Positions 57,007-64,000 of a stretch of DNA of 64,000 nt are shown piece by piece; the stretch's first letter is position 1; every line of letters starts with the position of its first letter. Location of the stretch: the NCBI GenBank assembly GCA_034435355.1, contig DAOTXE010000054.1:8135-72134 (forward strand). The letters are read 5' to 3'. Under the pieces are notes generated by a model, which did not search any database, was not told the DNA's origin, and worked only from the letters and a program-made list of their open reading frames with translations. Both the position numbers and the translations under genes were made by a program. This stretch comes from Chloroflexota bacterium. Lineage in GTDB: Bacteria; Chloroflexota; Limnocylindria; Limnocylindrales; CSP1-4.

Positions 57007-57803
57007 TGGCCCGCCCCGACCGGCTCTATCGGGGATACGTCTTCGATCTCGACGGGACGGTCTACCTGGGCAACGCGCTCCTTCCCACCGCAGGCGAGAC
57101 GATCACGCGCCTCCGGGAGCTGGGGTGCCGGACCGTGTTCCTGTCCAACAACCCCACCCATCGACCCGAGGATTACGCCGTCAAGCTCACCCGCCTGGGG
57201 CTGCCGACGAGCCTCGACGACATCCTCGTCTCGACCCAGGTCATGGTGCGCTTCCTGCAGGAGCGGATGCCCGGCGCGCGGCTGTTCGTGATCGGCGAGG
57301 AGCCGCTGGTGCGCGCGCTCGAGGCGGCGGGCTTCGACATCGTGGGCGAGGCAGCGCGGACCGATGCCGTGATCGCCGGCTTCGATCGCACGTTCGTCTA
57401 CGCCAAGCTCCAGGTCGCGTTCGACGCCATCCGGGCCGGGGCGCGCTTCTTCGCCACCAACGGAGACCGCTACTGCCCCGTCCCGGGCGGCGGGGAACCC
57501 GACGCGGCGTCGATCATCGCGGCCGTGGAGGCCTGCACCGGGGTGACCTGCGAGGCGATCGTCGGCAAGCCGTCCCACTACACGAGCGACGCCGTGCTCG
57601 CGATGCTCGGCCGGCCGGCCGCGGAATGCCTGATGACCGGTGACCGGCTGGAGACCGACGTGAAGATGGGCCTCGACGCGGGGATGGCGGCAGCCCTCGC
57701 GCTCACCGGGGCGACCACGGAGGCGACGCTCGAGGCGTCCGCGATCAGGCCGACGTTCGCCATCCACCGGCTCGAGGAGCTGCTGCCGGAAGCGCACCGT
57801 TGA
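57006..57803 (+). CDS. HAD-IIA family phosphatase (NagD-like)
   Basis: FDLDGTVY, LSNNP, GKP, GDRLETD. The ATG overlaps the lacZ-like stop (TGATG). Confidence 0.85.
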
Positions 57804-57816
57804 TGGCGAGCGTCCG

Positions 57817-59307
57817 ATGAAAGACCTCCTCATCGGAATCGACCAGGGCACGAGCGGAAGCCGCGCCCTCGTGCTCGACCGGGACGGGGCGGTCCGCGGC
57901 TACGGCTATCGGCCGCTCGCACGGCTCCACCCGACGGAGGACCGTGTCGAGCAGGATCCGCTTGTCGTGGCAGCGGGCGTGCGCGAGTCGATCGACGAGG
58001 CGCTCGCGAAGGCCGGGGTCGGTGCCGGCGACCTTGCCGGCGCCGGGATCGCCTCGCAGCGCGGCACGGACTTCGTCTGGGATGCGCGGACGGGCCGTCC
58101 CCTGGCGAACGCCATCACCTGGCAGGACCTGCGAACGCAGGCGCTCGAGCGCGAGCTGCGCGCGTGGCCGCGCGCCGGCGAGTGCCGCACCCGCCTCGGC
58201 GAGTGGCCCGGCCCGTGGAGCTCCGCGCTCCACCTCGCCTGGCGGCTGGCCAACGACCCGGCCGTCGCCGGGGCCGCGCGCGAAGGACGGATGCGCACCG
58301 GCCTCTCGGCCCTGTGGGTGCTCAACGCGCTCGGTCGAGCGGACGGCCACCGCGCCGACGTGTCGCTGGCGCAGAGCATGACGCTCCTCGACTTCCGGGC
58401 ACGCGAGTACTGGGCCGACTGGCTGGCCTACCTCGACCTGCCGCGCGCGGCCCTGCCCGACGTGACGGCGACGGTCGACGAGTTCGGCTGGCTGGACGTC
58501 CACGGGACCCGGGTGCCGGTTCGGGCGATGATCGCCGACCAGCAGGCCGCCCTCTTCGGCTATGACTGCCGCGCCGCCGGCGCCGCCGAGTGCACCCACG
58601 GGACGGCGTCGTTCGTCGATGTCTGCCTGGGGGACGCGGCACCGGCCCTGCAGACGATGAAGGTCTACCTCGCCTGGCTGCTCGACGGCCGCCCGACCTA
58701 CTGCCTGGAGGCGGACACCACGGTCACGGGGGCGGTCGTGCGCTGGCTGCGCGATGGGGCCGGCATCATCGCGACCGACGACGAGCTCGGCCGGCTGGCC
58801 GAGACCGTGCCGGACGCAGCAGGGCTCGTGTTCGTGCCCGCCTTCACCGGGCTCAACGTTCCCTACGACGTCCGCGAGGCACGCGGCTCGCTGCTGGGCC
58901 TCGCGCTGGGTCACACGCGGGCCCACATCGCCCGCGCCTTCCTCGATTCCATCGGCTTCCAGGTCGGGGCGATCCTCGACGAGATCGACGCGAGCGCCGG
59001 CGTGCGCGTGGCCAGCCTGAAAGTCGGCGGGGGCCTCTCCGCCAGCGATGCCGCGTGTGCGATCCAGGCCGACTGGCTCGGGATCCCGGTCCTGCGCTCA
59101 TCCTTCCCGGAAACCACGGCGCGCGCGGCCGCCCTGCTTGCCGGCATGGGCGCCGGGTTCTGGAAGGACGCGGCAAACCTGCCGCCGATGCCCGGCACGA
59201 TCCGGACCTTCGAGCCGAGGATCGACGCGGGCCGGCGCGCGGAGGGCCAGGAGATGTGGCGGCGTGCGGTCGGCGCGGTAACGAGGTGGGCCACGCCGGA
59301 CGGGTGA
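57817..59307 (+). CDS. FGGY-family carbohydrate kinase (glycerol-kinase-like)
   Basis: IGIDQGTSGSRALV, ITWQD, and the C-terminal FGGY region KVGGGLSAS. Confidence 0.85.
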   Translation: MKDLLIGIDQGTSGSRALVLDRDGAVRGYGYRPLARLHPTEDRVEQDPLVVAAGVRESIDEALAKAGVGAGDLAGAGIASQRGTDFVWDARTGRPLANAITWQDLRTQALERELRAWPRAGECRTRLGEWPGPWSSALHLAWRLANDPAVAGAAREGRMRTGLSALWVLNALGRADGHRADVSLAQSMTLLDFRAREYWADWLAYLDLPRAALPDVTATVDEFGWLDVHGTRVPVRAMIADQQAALFGYDCRAAGAAECTHGTASFVDVCLGDAAPALQTMKVYLAWLLDGRPTYCLEADTTVTGAVVRWLRDGAGIIATDDELGRLAETVPDAAGLVFVPAFTGLNVPYDVREARGSLLGLALGHTRAHIARAFLDSIGFQVGAILDEIDASAGVRVASLKVGGGLSASDAACAIQADWLGIPVLRSSFPETTARAAALLAGMGAGFWKDAANLPPMPGTIRTFEPRIDAGRRAEGQEMWRRAVGAVTRWATPDG

Positions 59308-59361
59308 GCTCGCGCGGGATCGAGAACCGACCCTCGTTTCAGGATCAGTTCAGGCTACACT

Positions 59362-59504
59362 GGTCAAATCCTGACCAAGGAGATCGGACTCCTCCTCCGA
59401 GCCTCCATCACAGCCGGCCCGACCGACCTCCTCCCGGCCACCCGGCACCGAACACGGACCCGCGCCTCGCCCGACCTCGGGCGGCCGGGTCCGTTTCGCT
59501 TCTC
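59362..59504 (+). ncRNA. Candidate small RNA (or processed 3' UTR): three hairpins, two with CUCCUC-containing loops, ending in a long G/C terminator hairpin
   Basis: Stem-loops read by hand in a lower-GC convergent intergenic region:
- GGTCA/TGACC at 59362-59376.
- TCGGA-CUCCUCC-TCCGA at 59384-59400.
- GCCGG-16-nt C-rich loop-CCGGC at 59413-59438.
- GGACCCG...CGGGTCC at 59456-59492, followed by GTTTCGCTTCTC.
A TACACT -10-like hexamer sits at 59356-59361. Confidence 0.3.
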
Positions 59505-59578
59505 GGGGCACCGCTGAACCGTCCGCCGGGCGCGGCGGCGGATCGCCACGATCCGTCGAAGCGGCGCGCGACCGCCGG

Positions 59579-60871
59579 TCAGGCGTCGGCGGGCGTCTCC
59601 GGCTCCGTGGCTTTCGTGCGATATACCGATGTCCCCGACGGGACACCGTGGCTCGGGAAATCCGACTCGAGGACCCGCGGCCCGATCAGGCAGTTGCGCC
59701 CGATCCGCGTATCCGGCGGGATGTTCGCGCGCTCGGCGACCACCGTGATGCCGGAATACAGATGCGCCGGCTCGTCGACGTTCGGCGTGTCGCGATCCTC
59801 GCCCTGGCCCACCACCGCGCGCGCCCCGACGTGGACGAACTTGTCGATGATGGCCGTGTCGACGACCGCCCCAGGCCCGATCTCGCTGTCCAGCAGCACC
59901 ACCGAGTCGCGCACGAGCGCACCCTCGTAGACCCGCACGCCGGGCGAGAGGACGGAGTTGAGCACCGTGCCGTTGACGATACAGCCGTGGCTGAGCAGCG
60001 AGTGGCGCGCAATCGCCTCGGGACCCAGCTTGGCCGGCGACCGCTCCTCCGATCGCGTGTGGATGAGCCAGCTGCGGTCGAACAGGTCGAGCGGGGGCAC
60101 CAGCCCGACGAGGTCGAGGTTGGCCGCCCAGTACGCCTCGATCGTCCCGACATCGCGCCAGTAGCCGTCGAACCGGTGCCCGAACACCGGGGCCCCACCG
60201 GCGAGCATCGCCGGGACGACGTCGCGCCCGAAATCGCTCCGCGATTCGTCCAGCCATTCGTGGAGCGCGGCCCGCGTGAAGATGTAGACCCCCATCGACG
60301 CGAGATCGCTCTTCGGAGCGGCGGGCTTCTCCTCCCAGTCCACGATCCGGCCGTCGGCGTCCAGGGAGCAGATCCCCATCCGCGATGCCTCGGCCATCGG
60401 GACCGTGCGGACGGCGACGGTGGCGGCCGCCCCCGACGCGCGGTGGGCCGCGATCATCGGCCGGTAGTCCATCTTGTAGATGTGGTCGCCGGCAAGCACG
60501 AGCACGAGGTCCGCGCCGTCCTGGTCGATCTCGTGCAGGTTGTAGCGGACCGCATCGGCGGTGCCGAGATACCAGCCGCTCCGCTCGCGGGACATGTACG
60601 GCTGCAGGATCTTGACCCCACCGCCGCGCATCCGGTCCAGGTCCCACGGTCGCCCGGTCCCGATGTGATCGATGAGCGAGCGAGGGTTGTACTGGGTCAG
60701 GACGAGAACGTCGTCCACCTCTGAGTTGACGCAGTTCGACAGGCTGAAATCGATGAGCCGGTACTTGCCGCCGAAGGGCACGGCGGGCTTGGAGCGGATG
60801 GCGGACAGCACCGAGAGCCGCTCGCCGGCTCCACCCGCGAGGACGACGGCGAGGACTCCCTGCATTGCCAT
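59579..60871 (-). CDS. glgC: Glucose-1-phosphate adenylyltransferase
   Basis: VVLAGGAGERLSVLS..KPAVPFGGKYRLIDF, with a left-handed beta-helix C-terminal half. Internal ATG 60871 has GAAAGGA upstream. Confidence 0.9.
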   Translation of the reverse strand: MAMQGVLAVVLAGGAGERLSVLSAIRSKPAVPFGGKYRLIDFSLSNCVNSEVDDVLVLTQYNPRSLIDHIGTGRPWDLDRMRGGGVKILQPYMSRERSGWYLGTADAVRYNLHEIDQDGADLVLVLAGDHIYKMDYRPMIAAHRASGAAATVAVRTVPMAEASRMGICSLDADGRIVDWEEKPAAPKSDLASMGVYIFTRAALHEWLDESRSDFGRDVVPAMLAGGAPVFGHRFDGYWRDVGTIEAYWAANLDLVGLVPPLDLFDRSWLIHTRSEERSPAKLGPEAIARHSLLSHGCIVNGTVLNSVLSPGVRVYEGALVRDSVVLLDSEIGPGAVVDTAIIDKFVHVGARAVVGQGEDRDTPNVDEPAHLYSGITVVAERANIPPDTRIGRNCLIGPRVLESDFPSHGVPSGTSVYRTKATEPETPADA

Positions 60872-61051
60872 GTCCTTTCCGCTTCGGGTCGAGGCGTCAG
60901 TCATCGAGGGCGGCGCGCTCTCCCTATGATGACGCACCTCGCCCCGGGGCACGCGGAGAGTTTCGGGGGGCGACAATCGCGGCGACGATTCTCGGGCCGC
61001 CTACCGCCGCCGGCCGGCCCGCGCGCCGCCGGAACGGTCGGCCCCTCGACC

Positions 61052-61951
61052 TCAGGCGAACCGGACGAGCGCGAGCAGCCCGACGACCAGGCAGTAGATC
61101 GCGAACGGGGTGAGCGTCCGCGACGTGAAGTAGCGGGCCAGGAAACGCACGGAGAGATACGCAGCCACGCCCGCCGCGACGCTCCCGACGAGGACCTGGA
61201 GGCGCACCCCGTCGCCGTTCGGGCCCAGCAGGTCCGGCAGCTTGTAGACGCCGGCGGCCAGGATGACCGGCGTCGCCAGGAGGAACGAGAATCGGGCCGC
61301 GTCTTCGTGGTCGAGCCCGCGCACGAGCCCGGCGACCATCGTGATCCCCGACCGGCTGATGCCCGGCAGAAGCGCAAAGGCCTGGGCGACGCCGACGGTC
61401 GCCGCGACGGGGAAGCCCAGGTCGTCGAGTCGCCGTCCGGCTGGTGTCGCGTGGCTGCCGACCCGGGTTGCGTGGCGCGCCGGCCCGGCGATGCGGCCCT
61501 GGGCCCGCCGTCGCAGCCATTCGCCGGCGAGCAGGATCAGGCCGTTGAGCACGAGGAATCCCGCGGCCGCGAGCGGCTTGGCGAAGATCACCCGGAGCGG
61601 ATGCTCGAGCAGCAGCCCGGTCAGGCCCGCCGGGATCGTCGCGACGATGAGCAGCCAGCCGAGGCGCTGGTCGGGCGTCTCGATTCGGCGCGTCCCGAGC
61701 GTCGCCAGGACGCCCCGGACGATCCTGACCCAGGTGTCCCGGTAGAAGACCACGAGGGCGAGCGCGGTCGCCACGTGGAGCCCGACGAGCAGGGCCAGGA
61801 AGTACGACTCCGACGCCGACTGCGCCGCGACCACGCCGGTCCAGCCGAGGAGCTGGGGAAGGATCACCGAGTGCCCGAGGCTGGAGACGGGGAACAGCTC
61901 GGTGACGCCCTGGACCAGGCCGAGGACGATCGCCTGGAAGTAGGTCAGCAT
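61052..61951 (-). CDS. uppP: Undecaprenyl-diphosphate phosphatase
   Basis: GLVQGVTELFPVSSLGH and PGISRSG motifs. Confidence 0.9.
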   Translation of the reverse strand: MLTYFQAIVLGLVQGVTELFPVSSLGHSVILPQLLGWTGVVAAQSASESYFLALLVGLHVATALALVVFYRDTWVRIVRGVLATLGTRRIETPDQRLGWLLIVATIPAGLTGLLLEHPLRVIFAKPLAAAGFLVLNGLILLAGEWLRRRAQGRIAGPARHATRVGSHATPAGRRLDDLGFPVAATVGVAQAFALLPGISRSGITMVAGLVRGLDHEDAARFSFLLATPVILAAGVYKLPDLLGPNGDGVRLQVLVGSVAAGVAAYLSVRFLARYFTSRTLTPFAIYCLVVGLLALVRFA

Positions 61952-61960
61952 CGCGAGGGC

Positions 61961-62842
61961 CTACGCCACCGGCGCCGGATGATCCGGCCGGCCGCTCGGC
62001 GGGGCTCCCGGGGCGGCCCCTCGGCCCCCGTTGCGGGCCGCCACGTACATCGACGGGCTCGGGGCGAGGCGCCCGAGCCGTTCCTGAAGCGGCCCTTCGA
62101 TCCGCGCGAGGAACTCCGCCGGCACCACGGCCTTCAGGCGGGCCGATCGGAACAGCGAGACCGCACGCCGCGAGGTCGGCACGAGGCCGGCCGTCCGCAG
62201 CTGCCGCACGACGGTCGCGGGCTGGTGGGAGAAGTGCCCTTCACGATACTCGTGGGGAGCGGGGTCGCCGGGGGACCATGCCTGCCGGCGGGCGAGGTAG
62301 CGGAGCCGGGCGAGGAGGTGGCGCCGGTTCGGGAACTCGAGCACGAACAGGCCCCCCGGCCGCAGGACCCGGGCGACCTCCGCGAAGACGCCCTCCGGGT
62401 TTCGCACGTGGAGAATCAGGCGAACCGCGACCACCACATCCATCGAACTGGGTCCGAGCGGAAGGTGGCCGGCGTCCGCCTCGATGATCGTGAAGCGGGG
62501 GTCCGGCCCGATGCGCTCCCGGGCGGCCTCGATCATCGCCGGAGAGGCGTCCGCGAGCGTGACGTGGTCGAAGGCGGCGTACTCGTCGGCGAGCCGGCCG
62601 AATCCCGCGCCGAGGTCCAGGAGCTGGCCTCCGGAGGCCGGCAGGAGCGCGCGGAGGGCGATCCGGTCGCACCGGTCCTCGTAATCCCGCGACGCCCAGA
62701 ACGCGTCGCGGTACGAGAGGTCGTAGACGGGGGGTTCGGAGCCCGCCGAAACCGGCGGGTCACCCGGGGTTGGCTCGGGGGCGCGATCGGTGGTCCACAC
62801 GCCCCACAGTATCGCCGCTCGGCCGGAAGCCGGTGAGCGCAC
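61961..62842 (-). CDS. Class I SAM-dependent methyltransferase
   Basis: LLDLGAGFGRL (motif I) and LRPGGLFVLEFPN. The start is uncertain. Confidence 0.8.
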   Translation of the reverse strand: MRSPASGRAAILWGVWTTDRAPEPTPGDPPVSAGSEPPVYDLSYRDAFWASRDYEDRCDRIALRALLPASGGQLLDLGAGFGRLADEYAAFDHVTLADASPAMIEAARERIGPDPRFTIIEADAGHLPLGPSSMDVVVAVRLILHVRNPEGVFAEVARVLRPGGLFVLEFPNRRHLLARLRYLARRQAWSPGDPAPHEYREGHFSHQPATVVRQLRTAGLVPTSRRAVSLFRSARLKAVVPAEFLARIEGPLQERLGRLAPSPSMYVAARNGGRGAAPGAPPSGRPDHPAPVA

Positions 62843-62866
62843 CCCTGGCGAGGTGCGCCGGGTCCA

Positions 62867-64000
62867 CTACCGCGCCGGAAGCGTCGTCCCGGCAAGGACC
62901 TGGTGGAGCACGAACTGGCCATCCGTGGCGGGGTCGACGAGGTTCGGCTGGGCATCGTCGAGCACGACGGTCGGGGTGAGGCGAACCTGGGCAAGGCGCG
63001 TCCCGACGAACGTCAGGGACGTGATGATCCCCTCCTGCGTCTGGCGGCTCCAGTCCTGCCCGAACCAGAAGTTGCCCTGGCTGGATCCCACGTACCGGTA
63101 GGCCGACCCGGTCCACGTGATCGACAGGGCCCCTGCCCAGTGGAAGTCGGCCCCCACGATATCGTCCACCCCGGCGGTGACCAGAGTCTTCACGAGGCCG
63201 AGCTGGAACGCGGTGAACCGGGCGCGGTACTCAACGGAGCTCCACTGGGGCAGGGCGATCACGACCTGCGCCCCGCGCGCACGGGCCAGCGCCACGGCGG
63301 CCCTGACATTGGCAGGCGTGAGCGGGGCGACACCGGGCGATGACGCGGTCGCGGAGGCGGACCCACCGATGGCGTCGAACCCGACGAACCCGAAGGTGAC
63401 CCCTCCGGCATCGACGACGGCCGGGCGGAGCGCCTCGGCGAGCGTGCGCCCACCGCCGGTCGACTGGATCCCGTTGGCCCGGAAGAGGTCGACCGTCTGG
63501 CCGACGCCCGCGAGCCCGGCGTTGGTGTTGTGGTCGGCCGCGATCGTCGCGACGTCGAAGCCGGCCTTGGCCATGAGCGGGGCAACCCGAGGGTCGATCG
63601 AGAAGACGGTGCCGCTGTCGTGCTGGACAAAGGTCGGCGTCATGGAGCACTCGAAGTCGCTCACCGCGACGTCGGCGTTGCGGATCAGGTCGGCGACCGC
63701 GCCGGCGTGGCCGGTGCGCACGGCGTCGACGACGGTCCAGCCGTAGCGCGAATCCCAGTGCGTGCCCGTGTAGCGGGCAGTCCCGCCCTGCAACAGCCAG
63801 TCCCAGCCGCGCCCAAGGACCACGGTCTCGTGGCTCACCCCGCGGTCGGGGCAGTTGACCCCCGTCGTCACGACGACCCGGACGTCGGCCCCGTTCCAGG
63901 CCGTCCACGCCGCGGGCCAGGCGGCGGGAACCGGGATCACGAGCGGATACGCCGCGGCCCGGGCGGGCTTCTCGCCGAAGAGGTCGGCGCCCCCGATCGG
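62867..64000 (-). CDS. CapA/PGA_cap-family metallophosphatase-like protein, N-terminus outside the window
   Basis: AKAGFDVATIAADHNTNAG resembles the AGFD..S.ANNH..D.G motif. The frame remains open from GTG 63940 to the window edge. Confidence 0.65.
   Translation of the reverse strand, partial: PIGGADLFGEKPARAAAYPLVIPVPAAWPAAWTAWNGADVRVVVTTGVNCPDRGVSHETVVLGRGWDWLLQGGTARYTGTHWDSRYGWTVVDAVRTGHAGAVADLIRNADVAVSDFECSMTPTFVQHDSGTVFSIDPRVAPLMAKAGFDVATIAADHNTNAGLAGVGQTVDLFRANGIQSTGGGRTLAEALRPAVVDAGGVTFGFVGFDAIGGSASATASSPGVAPLTPANVRAAVALARARGAQVVIALPQWSSVEYRARFTAFQLGLVKTLVTAGVDDIVGADFHWAGALSITWTGSAYRYVGSSQGNFWFGQDWSRQTQEGIITSLTFVGTRLAQVRLTPTVVLDDAQPNLVDPATDGQFVLHQVLAGTTLPAR

Noticed and set aside
59362-59376. 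tRNA-like T-arm (GGTCAAATCCTGACC), and a GGCTCGAATCC-like string near 648-660 on the minus strand.
   Set aside because: The first has a 5-nt loop rather than the 7-nt TTCRANY loop, the stems are not complementary in the second, and no acceptor, D or anticodon arms can be drawn.

Overview
This is a very GC-rich (about 70% or more by eye), densely packed chromosomal segment that looks like an actinobacterial or Chloroflexota-type genome. I support about 60 protein-coding genes. I found no rRNA, tRNA, CRISPR array, transposase or integrase. All family calls rest on motifs I recognise in the translated ORF track; no searches were run.

Content in order:
- 1-0.4 kb: tail of a GH57-type enzyme.
- 0.7-3.5 kb: GntR-GNAT-proline-racemase-family operon.
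- 3.6-7.7 kb: DUF360 membrane protein, lysA-like decarboxylase, and a YitJ-like homocysteine methyltransferase/MTHFR fusion.
- 8-11.3 kb: LysM protein and a DrrAB-like ABC-2 exporter.
- 11.7-14.2 kb: lipoprotein and a membrane-anchored DMFase-beta-like protein.
- 14.6-15.5 kb: Ni-superoxide dismutase sodN with its protease sodX.
- 15.6-18.9 kb: two luciferase-like oxidoreductases flanking a SIS protein.
- 18.9-21.8 kb: MarR-MFS-Rieske operon.
- 22-25.3 kb: LOG, a Cys-less ArsC/Spx-like protein, an ACT-domain pair, and xth.
- 25.4-29.3 kb: membrane protein, Rieske oxygenase, and a beta-CASP RNase.
- 29.3-32.5 kb: a single-ORF ctaA-ctaB fusion with a divergent thioredoxin-like lipoprotein.
- 32.8-43.1 kb: a split pyrimidine operon. 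pyrR-pyrB-pyrC and pyrK-pyrD-pyrE are separated by an antisense PLP decarboxylase and four genes of unknown function.
- 43.2-46.2 kb: ECF sigma / ZAS anti-sigma pair.
- 46.3-48.2 kb: GalT-like HIT protein and lipB.
- 48.3-59.3 kb: galactoside utilisation locus (GH36, sugar ABC importer, GH2 lacZ-like, HAD, FGGY kinase).
- 59.6-64 kb: glgC, uppP, a methyltransferase and a CapA-like protein that runs off the window.

Most of this is ordinary core-genome content. I cannot point to one clearly novel system. The leads most worth a second look are:
- the unknown four-gene block inside the pyr operon;
- the CtaA-CtaB fusion;
- a PyrR-binding leader with a possible coupled 8-codon uORF;
- a candidate terminator-ended sRNA with CUCCUCC loops;
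- a 23-codon Lys/Pro-rich mini-gene with its own promoter and strong SD;
- two tandem-repeat arrays that abut stop codons.
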